Below, in pieces: positions 20,726-32,873 of a stretch of 64,000 nt of DNA. The position numbers were made by a program, and so were the translations under genes. The DNA is from Limnochordia bacterium (GTDB lineage: Bacteria; Bacillota; Limnochordia; DTU080), in NCBI GenBank assembly GCA_050951545.1, contig JBMNJG010000016.1, positions 1 through 64,000 of the forward strand, in the 5' to 3' direction. The notes under the pieces were generated by a model. It worked only from the letters and a program-made list of their open reading frames with translations. It was not told the DNA's origin and did not search any database. How positions within the stretch are numbered: the stretch's first letter is position 1; each line of letters begins with the position of its first letter.

Positions 20726-23700
20726 CTAGAAACGCCATCTCAGGAAGGCTGAAGCGCTCATCTCGAGTGGCTGAGCATACTCATACCTACTCCTACAAGA
20801 GGCACCTAGGGCTGTGGAAGAGGTAAGACGACTCTCTGCTAACGCCGATAGGGTACTCGTCCACGAGATCACCTGTCCTGCGCTGTCTCTCGTCTGCTCC
20901 ACTGCCATAACAGAATGAGCCCTAAGGTCGTGCGCAGTGAAAGAGCCAAGTTGGGGTTGCCACACTGTCAGACCTACGCTCCCCGCGAGTCGAGGTTTGA
21001 TGAGCACCCCTATTTCATTATTGCGGTCAGTGAGGGTATCGAACCGTTTCAGCCCCGCGGCAACTGAGAAATGAAGATCCACAGACCCCATGCGAGAGGT
21101 CAAGTTGCGCAGCTGTAACGCGTAGCTAGATATGCGCTTCGCAGGCTCTGTTTCTCCAAGAGGCATCTCTTCCGTAAGCTTCGCTCGCAAATCCACATTG
21201 GCGCGTCCTGTTCGTCCCAGATTGAGCTGTGTGCCGTAGGAGGTGTAGCTGCTGCGCTCATCGACGACCTTGTCGCTCCGCATGTCCAAGAGCGATGCTA
21301 CCCCATCAGCGCTGCTCTCATAGTCAAGCTCCAAATGCACTGCATCGAAAAGACGGATCGTGCTGAACGTCGCTCTATATCCCTCTGCATCTGTTTGGCC
21401 TAGTCCAGCTATGGTATGGTAATCCCTGCCAAATCGATAGCCCTGGACTCTAAACTCCGACCACGGCAGAGGCAACCTCACCCCGACTTCACCTCCGATG
21501 TCTACCGAGGGTACTCCGTACTGCGGATCGGGCAGCTGGAAAAAGGAGCGTGCCCGAGACGGTATCTTGTCTAGCCAGCCCAATACGTCTCGTGATGCGG
21601 GATCGAGCGCGGGATCCTCACGACAGGTATCGATGACAGCCCACAAGTCTCCTCTCGCATTGTCGTGATACAGGCTCAGCGCCACCTCCATCTCCAACGC
21701 TGCCAGCGTGCCGGGAATCCCCAGACCAGCCTGGCCATCGATCACGTAGTTCACTTCAGGGTCGGGACCGACAACATTCTGCTCCTCATCGCGGATTTTC
21801 ACTACGTTGAGAGCGAAGTTCAGAGGCCAGGTAGAGAAGGCTGGCCTTACAGCTACCAGCTCTCGGGCATATGTCTGCCCGGGCACTTCATGTGTGGGAT
21901 GTCCGTGCACCACCTGCAAAGAGAGCGGTCCCAAGCCCGCGGTCATATCGATCCCTCTGTGATATGTAGAGTCGAGTCCCAAGGGCGCCACATGGGACGA
22001 GAGGGCACCAAGACCCAGCCGAAGAAGGCGAGCCTCATAGTCTATCTCGTACTCGTGACCCGGCTGAGAGTCATTTGGACTGAACATCGGATCATTACTA
22101 TCAAGATGTACGCGCAGCCCCAGCGGACCCCACTCTCCCGCAGCGTCGAAGGCGGCCGAGAACCCCTTGACAGACTCGGAACGCATTTCGAGCCTCCCTT
22201 GCCAATCAACAGCTCGAATGAAGCGGAAGCGGTGCTCGCCGCGGTTGGCCGCGAAATCCTCGATGTGGATCCACAGCTCAGAGGTCAACTGCACCTCCTC
22301 TGGCGGTACCTCATAGACAATCCGTTCCTCAGAGATCTCAGCCCGAGCAGTTACGTCTTGGCCATTCCAGTACACGCGCGCAGTCCGCACGTCCACGTTG
22401 CTCGCTGCGTCAGAAAGCCCGATGCTGACCGCAAACCCCTCCGACGGGACCCTTCCCAGCGGAGCCAGCAGCTCTGCTCGAGGGACCGATAGATCCTCAC
22501 TGACCTCGATGTGCAAGGGCTTGCGGGCCGCATCCACTGCCGGATAGCTCACCATCTGACACTGGCTATCTGCAGCTTCAACGTAGTATTCGATCCCACC
22601 AGGTCTCATGTAGCCCGGGGGAATCGTCGCCCGATACTCGCCCGGAAAGCGGGCCATAGGCAGACGGTAATACTCCAGAGTCCCTTCCGGGCGGAAAAAG
22701 AGGCTGGCACTCTGTATTGCCGAGTCGTCCGGCACCTGTGCACGCACGACAAGAGGCGCATGGGAGGCGGCCTCACTGATTGGCTCATGCTCTATAGCAA
22801 GCACCGAAGCATCGGTTTCGACCTCGCCGGAGCATGGCGTGGCCATAGACTCGGAAGCCAAGGAACCGAAACGCGTCTTCGACGATGATCTCCACGGTCG
22901 TGACAAAGTCATCCACCCACAGGGCGATCTCGTGCCTGCCAGGTGATAGCTCGGCCTCAAATGTGGCCTGCCCTTCTGCAAGAAGGCCATCCACGTCTGA
23001 AACCCACTCAAATTGTGCATCGGCAGGTACATTGATCGCCTCAAAGCAGACGGGGTTGCCCAACAGGAGTGTGCTACTCGACTGAGACGCCGGCCAGACA
23101 ATAGTAGGGCCAGAGGGGTTGACCACCAGCACCTGCATTGCTTGCTCACGGCGATTTCCGCGGCTGTCCTCCGCTCTGACCGCCAACCGAAACTGGCCTG
23201 CGTGCGGAAAGCACAGCCGCATGCTGACTTCTCCCTGACCCGTGAGAACCCCGGCATCAACTGGTACCCCATCGAGCAGCCAGGTAACAACAATCCGTTC
23301 TTCCTCTGCAGTCTCTATCGCCACTGCAAGATCATAGAGATGCCCTGCCAGCGCTACGGCCGGCGCCTGCAGACCTGCAATACGGACAGAAGACAAGTCT
23401 GGTGATTCCTCACTGATTCCTTGCAGAGCCGACGTCAGAATGCTTGCGTTAGCACCTCCATAGTTACCAGCCCTATCTCGGCCACTCACGCTGATGACAT
23501 AAATGCCCTCGTCTTGTGGCACAAAGGAGGCGACGCCAGGGGCCAGTGGCTCGCCATTCACAAACCACCTCAACGGCAACACCCTGTCCGGCCCTTCCGG
23601 ATCCGCCACCTCTGCCCGTAGATCCACAGGACTCCCAAGAGGCACCTGGCTCCCATCGCCGGGTGAGACAATCCTGATCTGTGGAGGCTGTCGATCAAGA

Positions 23701-24851
23701 ATCGTCACCAGATAAACAGTGTCTGAGGCGCGTCTTCCGTGTGGATCTACCACCTCCAGAGTGATCTCTGTGTCGCCTTCGCGGACAAGACAATGGGTAT
23801 AGCTGCTGTCGCGTCCGACCTCGACACCGTCTGCGTACCAGTACATCTCGTACGCAGCCTCGATCATCTCAGAACTCTGCGTCTTTTCGATAAGCTGTGC
23901 GACGAAATCCAGAGTATCCCCAACATAGAAGAACTGAGGACAAGGCGGAAAGAGTACCACTGGCTCTTCCCTAGCTGCCTCAGAGGTAACCATCACACTG
24001 ACTTTCTCCCTCGGCAGGCTGTCCTCTTGGCGGGGGCAAGGCTCTGACGGCTCCATGGCGTCTGTCGAGCCCCACGGGAGTCGCTGCACAGAACAACGGC
24101 ACGCCGTTGACTCCGAGGACAGCGCTGAACTCTCCCCGACAACCACCCGATGCTGGGCAGATCCAACCTTGCCGAATTTGTCTGTCGCTTCTGCCTTAAG
24201 CAGGTAAGTACCAGCTGTGTCAAAGTGATAGTGCAACTCTGGCCCAAAACCGACCCGCACCGCAGACTTCGCCCCAGGTTCGGTTATCCACCAAGCCAAC
24301 TCGGTTCGAAAGCCAAGCTGTTCATCTTCGTCATCGTGCACATCAGCCGTGACAAGAAGAGCATCTCCCTCACGCAGGTTCAAGAGATCGTCGCCATCAG
24401 TGGAGATGATCTGCATGTGCACCGAAGGTGCCCTGTTCTCCACACGAAAGGCCATCCGCGGTGACTGCGCCAGTCGCTTTCCCTCTGCATCAAACGCGCG
24501 GACAACCCAGGAGTAATCCAGCCCGCCAACGAAAAACACTCCAGCGGGAATGATCTCCGTCACAAAGACGCTATCGCCTTGTGCTGGCCGCTTGACGTCT
24601 ATGGGCGGGCTCAGCCAAAGCGACTTGCCCTGATGCATGACTTCAACAAAAGCGCTCAGCGTATGGAGTTGGGGCGGAAAATGAGATATCCTGAAATGGA
24701 AGGCCTCTGGTGGAAACTGAGAGGGATAGGTAACCCCAGCTTCGGGCTCAACGCCGTCAATCCTAAAAGCTGCGGCGTCAGATGACAGCGTTGCCAAGGC
24801 CAGTAGCAACGCAAGTGATAGGCACACGCCGACAATTCTGCTCCGTGACAC
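20726..24851 (-). pseudogene. Large secreted Ig/PKD-repeat protein with C-terminal beta-barrel-like region, split by a one-base frameshift near 22870
   Basis: ORF 22785-24947 carries a signal peptide and Ig-like repeats. Overlapping ORF 20726-23293 becomes protein-like only after about 22870 and ends in RWRF. Confidence 0.65.
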
Positions 24852-24993
24852 GAGCGCATCCTCCTTGGTCCCACAACCGCCTACAAATTTCTTCTTTATG
24901 CTGCATACACCTGCTACGTCGAAGGAAACCGCACCGATTCGAGGCATCCTGCAACACCCAGTCGTGAACCAGAATACGCCATGTCACACGGGC

Positions 24994-25018
24994 AGGAGTT
25001 GTCCTGCTACACTCGAAG
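24994..25018 (+). promoter_or_regulatory. sigma-H-like promoter
   Basis: AGGA-N17-GAAG upstream of the 25111 gene. Confidence 0.45.
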
Positions 25019-25110
25019 TCTGAAGGACCTTCCCTAGCGAATACAGCTTAAACCAGGAAGATAATAGCAGCGCCAAGAGGCGGCTGAGCAGCAAAGAGAG
25101 GAGCCTAGCC

Positions 25111-26130
25111 ATGCAGGATCGTTTATTCATCGACGGCTGTAGGGTACAAACCGAAGAGTCAGCACAGGCGAACTCCTTCTTACTCGCCTTGCAGGCCGCG
25201 CTGGAGGCAGCCGCACGCCCAACCTCTTATTCAACGCTAGCCGGGCTTACTGGTGTCGCCTTTCGTCCAGTCCCTTGGGAGCATGACGAAGAGAGGGAAT
25301 GGCAAGGCCTAGCTGAACGCGTCGCGCTTGTCAGCGATGCCCTTGGGTTGCGATGGAGCCTCATCGGATCTGACCCTTCACCAAGTGACATTGAGCGGCC
25401 CTGGAGAGTGCAAGAGAGCCAACAGGCCACACTGCTACGAACCCAACCTTTCCTGAAGACTGCAAAGACTACGTGGGACGACAAGGCTGCGGAAGAGGTC
25501 CGCGATTACCTGGGACGCGGTACTCCTACTCTTGTCTACGGCGGTTGGCCCGGAGCTTCTGGGCATCTGTGGGGCCTTATCGTGGGCTGGCATAACGACA
25601 TCTTCTATGGATTTCACACCCGTAGCACTAGTCTGGAACTGCTTGTTCAGCCTCCGCACGTCGCCCTGGTTTTCGATGGCCACAAGACACCTCGTTACTC
25701 GGCAAAAGAGGCGTCGCGCCTGAGTCTACTGAGGACAGCCTCGGACCCACTATGGTCCGAATCGCCTCACGAGAACGTTTACGATCTGTGGGCGGACCTT
25801 CTTCTTTCACCATACGAAGGTCCTGACGGCTGGATGTGCCATCTTCGGCTGGCGGTGCTCACGCGTGATGCCCGCATGGCCGCTCTACGCTATCTCTCCG
25901 AAACGCGCGATTTCCTCCCTGGTTTGAGTCTTATACACCTCGGCGAGTTGGATCTCTGCTATAGCCAGATTACCCGCGCACTGATTCGCGACATCGATCG
26001 TTCGTATGTCCGTGCCGCATTCACGGCCCCTGATGAGCGCCAGGAGATGAGAGAGCGTGTACTCGTCATCAAGCGCCATGAGTCCCGCGCTATTGCTGCC
26101 CTCAGCAGGCTGGCAGATGACTTGGAGTAG
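25111..26130 (+). CDS. Hypothetical protein
   Basis: 339-aa ORF with GAGGAG RBS; no family confidently recognised. Confidence 0.75.
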   Translation: MQDRLFIDGCRVQTEESAQANSFLLALQAALEAAARPTSYSTLAGLTGVAFRPVPWEHDEEREWQGLAERVALVSDALGLRWSLIGSDPSPSDIERPWRVQESQQATLLRTQPFLKTAKTTWDDKAAEEVRDYLGRGTPTLVYGGWPGASGHLWGLIVGWHNDIFYGFHTRSTSLELLVQPPHVALVFDGHKTPRYSAKEASRLSLLRTASDPLWSESPHENVYDLWADLLLSPYEGPDGWMCHLRLAVLTRDARMAALRYLSETRDFLPGLSLIHLGELDLCYSQITRALIRDIDRSYVRAAFTAPDERQEMRERVLVIKRHESRAIAALSRLADDLE

Positions 26131-26235
26131 TTCAGGCACCCGATCTGCCTGTCGCGGACGATGCGGCTAAGAGACACTCATGTAGCAACTGCAGCACATA
26201 AGGACAATAAAGCGAAAGTAACAGGGACGTTGAGC

Positions 26236-26260
26236 AGGAAACCGCCTTTTGCCTGCGAAG
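26236..26260 (+). promoter_or_regulatory. sigma-H-like promoter
   Basis: AGGA-N17-GAAG upstream of the ABC operon. Confidence 0.45.
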
Positions 26261-26351
26261 TCAGTTAGGAGAGCAAGGTAATGGCACCCAACAGGTGTAT
26301 TACCTGCTGGGGTGGTAATAGCCACAGCCCCGACAAGGGGGTCGGATATAG

Positions 26352-27086
26352 ATGACCGACAATCTGCCTATCGACATCGAACAAGAACTACCCTTGCCAT
26401 CCGGCGAAGAAGACGAGACCTTTCTGGCACGGCTGGTTGGCATAGAAAGGATCTTTAGGCTAGGCGATCAGCAAGTGCACGCTCTTCGGGGCATCGATCT
26501 CGATATCCAAGAGGGCACGTTTGTGCTGTTGAGCGGACGCTCGGGTTCCGGCAAGACCACCTTGCTCAACATCCTGGGTGGTCTCGACAGACCAACGCGG
26601 GGTAAGGTGTTCTTCCGTGGCAAGGATCTCGGCACATTCTCAGAAAGAGCCCTCACAAAGTGGCGGCGCAAAGAGATTGGCTTTGTGTTTCAGTCGTTCG
26701 CTTTACTTCCTACCCTCACTGCCCATGAAAACGTAGAGCTCCCTCTCCGCATCGTCGGAGGCTCGGGCCGCCAACGCCGAGCCCGCGCTAGAGAGTGCCT
26801 AGAAATGGTGGGGCTGTGGAAGCGAGCACGGCACCGCGTTTTTGAGTTGTCGGGTGGCGAACAACAACGCGTCTGCATAGCGCGCGCTCTGACCACGAAA
26901 CCTGGTATGCTTCTGGCTGACGAACCAACGGGTGAACTCGATACGGTGACAGGTAAAAAGATCCTCGCGCTGTTCAGGGATATTGTGCAATATGAGGGCA
27001 TCACGGTCTGTATGGTCACTCATGATCCCGGCGCAGCGCCTTTCGCAGATACTGTATACTCGCTAGTTGACGGACAGATCGCTTAG
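26352..27086 (+). CDS. ABC transporter ATP-binding protein (MacB/LolD-like)
   Basis: GRSGSGKT, LSGGEQQR, LADEPTG, VTHD. Confidence 0.95.
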   Translation: MTDNLPIDIEQELPLPSGEEDETFLARLVGIERIFRLGDQQVHALRGIDLDIQEGTFVLLSGRSGSGKTTLLNILGGLDRPTRGKVFFRGKDLGTFSERALTKWRRKEIGFVFQSFALLPTLTAHENVELPLRIVGGSGRQRRARARECLEMVGLWKRARHRVFELSGGEQQRVCIARALTTKPGMLLADEPTGELDTVTGKKILALFRDIVQYEGITVCMVTHDPGAAPFADTVYSLVDGQIA

Positions 27087-27196
27087 ATGGGGTCTTGAGC
27101 ACTACGCTACGGTATATCGCAGCTATCGTAGCGCTGTGGAATGTGCCTGTGGTGTGGGAATACCGTAGAACGGATGACTTGGGAGGGTTTTGACAA

Positions 27197-28211
27197 ATGC
27201 GCTTCTCCCGCAACTTGCTGCTACTTCTTCTCCCTGTGTGTCTTGCTGGATGCTCCCTACTTCCAAAAGAGGAGGAGTATGCGGCTCCAGTACTAGAGGA
27301 CCCACCGCCGTCTCGGGTTGTCACGTACAAGGTCGAGTCTGGATTCATCGCCGAAGAGATCCGAGGCCTGGGACGCGTGGCCCCCGTGTTAGAGACGCAA
27401 CTGTACTTTACTCGCGGTGGACGCATTAAGACCATGGACGTCTATCTGCAGCAACGGGTGACGAAGGGCCAGCATTCTGGCCCAGCTGGAGATCGGCGAT
27501 CTTGAACAGCAGCTAAAACTGGCCGAGATCTCGGTGGAAGAGGCGCGCATTCGTCTGGACCGCGCCGAGGAACTGGCCCGCATTGAGGGGCGAAAAGACA
27601 ACCCCGACCTGCAGATGCAGCGTCTCGCGTACGAGCGAGAACAGCTCCAGTATGATTACCTTGTGGAGCGGATCAACCAAGCTACCATCAGAGCTCCCTA
27701 TGACGGTACCATCGTCCGCACCTATACGCAAGCTGGGCTCACCGTGAAGGAATACGATCCTGTGTTGACGGTCGCAGACCCGCGGGAACTGGAAGTGCAG
27801 ATGGAGCTGTATAGCGAGGACGACTTTCGGCGTATCACGCCGGGACAGCTGGTGAAAGTGGAACTCACGCGAGGAAACTGGGTTGAAGGCTATGTCGCTC
27901 AGATTCCTTCGTACACGGAGCGCACAGCCACTGGTGCAGAGCGCGACCGACGTGTTCGGATCCGTTTTCGTAACCCAGGCGTACGAATCAACATGAATGA
28001 CCTCATGACTGCTATCATCGTGGTCCAAGAGAAGCCCGATGCCCTCTTGATCCCCAAGGCCGCCTTACGCGAGTTCATGGGGCGCTCCTACGTACGCGTC
28101 CTTGAAGGTGAAGCGCGACGCGAGATCGATGTCAGGATTGGCATCCGAGGGGCCACGCATATTGAGGTCCTGGAAGGCTTGGAGAAGGGAATGCTCGTCA
28201 TAGGCAAGTAA
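27197..28211 (+). pseudogene. MacA/HlyD-type periplasmic adaptor lipoprotein, frameshifted near 27470
   Basis: Lipobox LAGC. The first frame reaches VTKGQ, and the shifted frame continues ILAQLE...IRAPYDG...VLEGLEKG. Confidence 0.85.
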
Positions 28212-28240
28212 CAAGGTAGGTATGGGAAGCAGGTGCTGCG

Positions 28241-31111
28241 TTGAGGTTCCTAGCAATCCTGTGGACGACCTTGAAGAACATTGTGAACAACTGGCGCCTT
28301 GAGTTGAGCTTGCTGTTGGGTCTGTCCATGGGCGTAGGTGTTGTGACGTCTATACCCATATATAGCTCTGGATCCCTGCAGGATGCTTTCTTGCGGCGCT
28401 GGCTGGCCTCAAGTGAGGGTCGCCCTCCGTATAGCGTGATGGTAAGCCACTGGTCACGTCGAGGTGGGCCCGAAATCACTCTCGATCAGTACCGCGAGCT
28501 TGACGAGTATCTGCATGAGAACGTCGAAGAGCTGATCGGCCTACGGCATACGCACTACAGCGAAGCTGGTGGCTTGGGCATCAACCGCTTCGAACCCGTA
28601 CGTGAAGGCCTACAGCCCGCTGAGTCGCCTTACGCCGACATCTCCTTCATGAAAGGCGTACAAGACCGTTCGAAGCTCGTCGACGGCCGTTGGTATAGCG
28701 ACGAACCACAAGACGGCGTGATCGAGGCCGTGGTGGACGTCAATACACTCGAGTCACTCAATCTCCTTGTCGGTGAGCGCTATGTATATTGGTACCCAGC
28801 GCCAGAAGGACATCTGAGTGATATACCGATCACCTTGCGCGTGGTCGGAGCCTTCCGGACTCTCGAGGAAGAGCTCAACAACCCCGAGTGGATCTACGCG
28901 CCGCCCTTCGACCATACCTTCTTCATCGATAAGAACGTATTCCTGAAAGAACTCGTGGAAAAGGGGAATCTGACAGACGCCAACTGGGACTGGAACTGGA
29001 TTTTCGACCACAATCTAGTGCGGGTACACCAGCTACCTGCGTTAGCTAGTGCTCTGGCCAAACTGGAGACGAATGTTGCCCAGCTCATGCCTGAAACACG
29101 CCTATGGAACTCACCGCAACGCACCTTTGAGTTCTTCAGTGAGACAGCCCGAGGCATCTCACTTTTCCTAGGCGCTTTGTCGGTTCCCATTCTGGGCATG
29201 GTCTTCTACTACATCATCCTCACAGCGAGTCTCACAGTGTCCAGACGCCGTAACGAGATAGCCATGCTCCGCAGCCGGGGTGCAAGCGCCTTCCAGGTTG
29301 TGCTCAGCTTTCTGATCGAATGGCTCATGCTCGGCGGGCTGGCCTTTCTGATAGGACCTTACATCGGGTTGATCATCGCTCGAGTCATGGGTGCTTCTGC
29401 AGGTTTTCTGTCCTTTGTAGATCGCCGGGCACTCCCGGTCTCCATCGTACCTGATGCCTACCGCTACGGCGCGTACGCGGTGGGCCTGTCGGTATTGGCT
29501 TGCCTAGCGCCAGTTATCGCCGCCTCCCGATTTAGCATCGTCACCTTCAAACAAGATATTGTCCGCAGCCGACGCAAGCCATTGTGGGAGAGATTCCTGC
29601 TCGACTTCATTCTCCTGGGGACCGCCTACTACGGCTACCGCAGCCTCTCACAGCAGAGGCTGATCATGGCCCTTCAGCAGAGTGAGGGCAGCAGAGAGGC
29701 ACTGGCCATGCTGATGGATCCCATGCTCTTCTTCGTGCCCGTAGTCTTCTTGCTGGGCGCTGGTTTGCTAGTCCTGCGCATCTTCCCCTACATTATGCAC
29801 TTTCTATCCTGGGTCACAGGCCCTCTCCGGGGCGTCTGTTGGACGCTCACCGCTAGGCAACTTGCCCGTAACGCCCGACAGTACACACCGCTGCTCTTGC
29901 TCCTTATCGTGACTGTTGCGCTTGGGATCTACTCGGCTGCTGCAGCTCGAACTCTTTCTCGAAACTTCGAAGACCGCATTATGTACTCCGTCGGTGCTGA
30001 TGCGGTACTAACTGAGCAGTGGTCATTACCCACGGCCAGCGATCCTGACGATTTCCTCAGCTTCTTTGGTGGAGGGGGCACAGAGGAGGGCGAGGACGGC
30101 CAACCACCCGAGCCCCTGGTTTTCGAACCGCCCTTCTATGTTCATCAGGATCTTCCTGGCGTGCACGCAGCTGCCCGCGTCCTCAGCCGGAACGTGAACA
30201 TTCAAGTGGGAGGTAACTTCAAGGGCCAAGCGCAAATGATGGCCATTGTGCCCCGCGAGTTCGCAGATGTCGCATGGTATCGCCACGATCTCACTCCAGC
30301 GCACATTTTCCACTATCTCAATCTGCTCACACGCTACAGTGAAGGCGCGCTGCTGTCCAACACCTTCATGGAGGAGAACCACCTCAATCCCGGAGACTGG
30401 ATCACCCTCATGCTCAAGAATCAGCCCATTGATGTCTTCATTGTGGCAGGCATCGATCTGTGGCCTACCCTGTACCCTGAGAAGGGAGCAATGGTGGTCA
30501 CCAACCTGCAGCACGTACAGCAAGTCACCACCCTTGAACCGTATGCGGTGTGGCTCAGCATGGAACGCGGGACGCCTCTATCAGAGGCAGTAGATAGCTT
30601 GCGGGAACAGGGCATTTGGGTCTCATCTACGGTGGATAGCCGCATGCAGATCATCGAGGGACGTCGCGAACCTCATCGTATGGGTTTCTTCGGCATTCTA
30701 TCCATAGGATTTCTTGTTTCAGTGGCAGTAACCATCATGGGCTTCTTCTTGTACACCTTCTTGTCACTTAGGGCGCGCATGCTCCATTTCGGGGTGCTGC
30801 GGGCGATCGGGCTCTCGGTAAGACAGCTGATCTCCATGCTAGCCTTGGAGCAGGTTTTCTCCTTAGGACTAGGCCTCGTGGTGGGAACCCTCTTTGGACG
30901 CCTGATCAGTAATGTCTTCTTGCCTTTTCTGGAGCAAACTGGCGAGTTCAAAGAGGCCATCCCGCAGTTCACCATCGTCATTGAGCAGCATGATCTTCAG
31001 AAGATCTACGTCGTGCTACTGTCTATGCTCCTTGTGGGAGTCCTTGCGCTCGCTGTCGTGTTGTTCCGTATGCGCCTGGCACAAGCCGTCAAGATGGGGG
31101 AGGAAGTCTAA
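28241..31111 (+). CDS. FtsX/MacB-type ABC permease (double domain)
   Basis: RRNEIAMLRSRGAS and FGVLRAIGLS FtsX motifs, with many TM segments. Confidence 0.92.
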   Translation: MRFLAILWTTLKNIVNNWRLELSLLLGLSMGVGVVTSIPIYSSGSLQDAFLRRWLASSEGRPPYSVMVSHWSRRGGPEITLDQYRELDEYLHENVEELIGLRHTHYSEAGGLGINRFEPVREGLQPAESPYADISFMKGVQDRSKLVDGRWYSDEPQDGVIEAVVDVNTLESLNLLVGERYVYWYPAPEGHLSDIPITLRVVGAFRTLEEELNNPEWIYAPPFDHTFFIDKNVFLKELVEKGNLTDANWDWNWIFDHNLVRVHQLPALASALAKLETNVAQLMPETRLWNSPQRTFEFFSETARGISLFLGALSVPILGMVFYYIILTASLTVSRRRNEIAMLRSRGASAFQVVLSFLIEWLMLGGLAFLIGPYIGLIIARVMGASAGFLSFVDRRALPVSIVPDAYRYGAYAVGLSVLACLAPVIAASRFSIVTFKQDIVRSRRKPLWERFLLDFILLGTAYYGYRSLSQQRLIMALQQSEGSREALAMLMDPMLFFVPVVFLLGAGLLVLRIFPYIMHFLSWVTGPLRGVCWTLTARQLARNARQYTPLLLLLIVTVALGIYSAAAARTLSRNFEDRIMYSVGADAVLTEQWSLPTASDPDDFLSFFGGGGTEEGEDGQPPEPLVFEPPFYVHQDLPGVHAAARVLSRNVNIQVGGNFKGQAQMMAIVPREFADVAWYRHDLTPAHIFHYLNLLTRYSEGALLSNTFMEENHLNPGDWITLMLKNQPIDVFIVAGIDLWPTLYPEKGAMVVTNLQHVQQVTTLEPYAVWLSMERGTPLSEAVDSLREQGIWVSSTVDSRMQIIEGRREPHRMGFFGILSIGFLVSVAVTIMGFFLYTFLSLRARMLHFGVLRAIGLSVRQLISMLALEQVFSLGLGLVVGTLFGRLISNVFLPFLEQTGEFKEAIPQFTIVIEQHDLQKIYVVLLSMLLVGVLALAVVLFRMRLAQAVKMGEEV

Positions 31112-32170
31112 GTGTCCTGGAAGGACTTTGCAGGAAGAAAATGGCGTAGCCGAAGCCATCCACAATCGAGCAGCGCCTCAGCTGCTAATCTTCTCATTGG
31201 CGCTGACGAAATAGGTCTGCGACACATGGACGAACCCGGTGGCCCACCCCCCAACCCCACGAAGACTGATGCTGCCGTAGGTGAACCATTCATTGTCTGC
31301 CAGAATCTTGTGAAGATCTACAAGGTAGATGAACTCGAGGTCTTCGCCCTACAGGGGTTAGACCTGGAGATTAGGCGCGGCGAATTGATGGCCATCATTG
31401 GCAGCAGTGGCAGTGGCAAGTCCACACTTCTTAACGTACTGGGCGGGCTCGACACACCAACAGCAGGTCGTGCTTTTGTGGCTGGTTGGGATCTACTCCG
31501 TATGAGCAACCGAGCGCGCGTCCTGTTCAAGCGACACACCGTCGGCTTTGTGTGGCAGAACGTAAGCCGCAATTTGGTACCCTATCTCTCTGCTTTAGAG
31601 AACGTCGAACTCCCAATGATCCTGGCTGGCAAGTTCAACCGCAATAGAGCAAAGGAGCTACTAACGGCCGTTGGTCTGGAAGAACGAATGCGGCACAAAC
31701 CCGTGCACATGTCGGGTGGAGAGCAACAGCGGGTCGCTATCGCCATCGGACTCGCCAACAACCCATCTGTCCTACTTGCTGATGAGCCTACTGGATCGCT
31801 CGACTCCCGCACAGCTCAAACTGTCCTGCAGGCGTTTCGCGAGGTTCGCGACATCTTCGGAGTTACTGTTGTTGTAGTTACGCACGACCGCGGTATGTCC
31901 GATGCAGTCGACCGATTTGTGGAGATCCGCGACGGTAAGACAAGCACTGAAGCGGTACGCCGTGACCTTGCAGAAGGATTGACAGGGAGTACTCACGACC
32001 AGTACACGTTGTTGGACTCCGCTGGCCGTCTGCAGCTACCTTTGTCCTATGTGGAGAGACTGGGACTTCAAGGACCCAGCCGCGTGCGTCTCACTGTTGA
32101 TGATCAACGAATCGTCATTGAACCTCCTGAAGCGAATGCACCACCGCCCGTCACTGAAGAGCCTGCCTGA
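31112..32170 (+). CDS. ABC ATP-binding protein with C-terminal AbrB/SpoVT-like domain
   Basis: [21 protein letters not shown]; C-terminal [10 protein letters not shown]. True start may be near 31226. Confidence 0.92.
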   Translation: MSWKDFAGRKWRSRSHPQSSSASAANLLIGADEIGLRHMDEPGGPPPNPTKTDAAVGEPFIVCQNLVKIYKVDELEVFALQGLDLEIRRGELMAIIGSSGSGKSTLLNVLGGLDTPTAGRAFVAGWDLLRMSNRARVLFKRHTVGFVWQNVSRNLVPYLSALENVELPMILAGKFNRNRAKELLTAVGLEERMRHKPVHMSGGEQQRVAIAIGLANNPSVLLADEPTGSLDSRTAQTVLQAFREVRDIFGVTVVVVTHDRGMSDAVDRFVEIRDGKTSTEAVRRDLAEGLTGSTHDQYTLLDSAGRLQLPLSYVERLGLQGPSRVRLTVDDQRIVIEPPEANAPPPVTEEPA

Positions 32171-32337
32171 CTTTCCATGTGCAGCCCGAAGGCTATCCCT
32201 ACCAATTCGGCATATCAGGGCATTCACTGTCTAGCCACTAGTCATGGAATGTGGCCACATATTGGAATATAATACAAATGGTACCATGATCTTGACGCGC
32301 TCCTAGATACCGAACTGCAGCGAGGGGGGAGTGACAC

Positions 32338-32508
32338 ATGGCGACCAAGTGCCCTGATTGCGGTTCCTTCAACCAAACGCATGCCTCCGCATGCAGGAAA
32401 TGTGGGGCAGACCTCAACCCCAGAACAACCGCTGCCACCGCGGTTGGCAGCGCCCGAGATAAGCCCCCCATTCCGTGGTACAAGCGCCTCCTAGGCCGAC
32501 GGAAGTAG
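32338..32508 (+). CDS. Small zinc-ribbon protein (56 aa), not in the ORF track
   Basis: RBS GGGGGAG; MATKCPDCGSFNQTHASACRKCGADL...PWYKRLLGRRK; upstream TATAAT at 32267. Confidence 0.75.
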   Translation: MATKCPDCGSFNQTHASACRKCGADLNPRTTAATAVGSARDKPPIPWYKRLLGRRK

Positions 32509-32675
32509 TCAGCATCGAAGACTCGATTAGTTCACCGCAGGCCAGCCCACCAGACATGGCCGCCAGCCCTACGGCCGGCGGCCCGAAATGTGCCCCAGTC
32601 ACCCCAATAGGCTCACTACGCCGATCGTCGATGCCAGCCAAGTGAATCGGGCAGACTAGAGCTGGAGGTGAAACA

Positions 32676-32873
32676 ATGCCGAGTACTAGCCCTGGCGTGT
32701 CAGCCACGCTGCAGGCAGCCATTGATGCCAATACTGAGCTCAAAGAGGCCTTGGTTCGCACTCAGATGCCGAGGCGCTTTCAAGCCATGGTTCTCGGCCT
32801 AACAGCGCTCCGACAACTGAACATGCACAGGCAGACCTCAAGAGACGAGTTGTGGCTAGAGAGCCTGAAGTAG
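32676..32873 (+). CDS. Small hypothetical protein (65 aa)
   Basis: Strong RBS GGAGGTGA spaced correctly from the ATG. Confidence 0.55.
   Translation: MPSTSPGVSATLQAAIDANTELKEALVRTQMPRRFQAMVLGLTALRQLNMHRQTSRDELWLESLK

Noticed and set aside
21665-22492. 275-aa plus-strand ORF
   Set aside because: Antisense shadow of the large minus-strand surface-protein gene.
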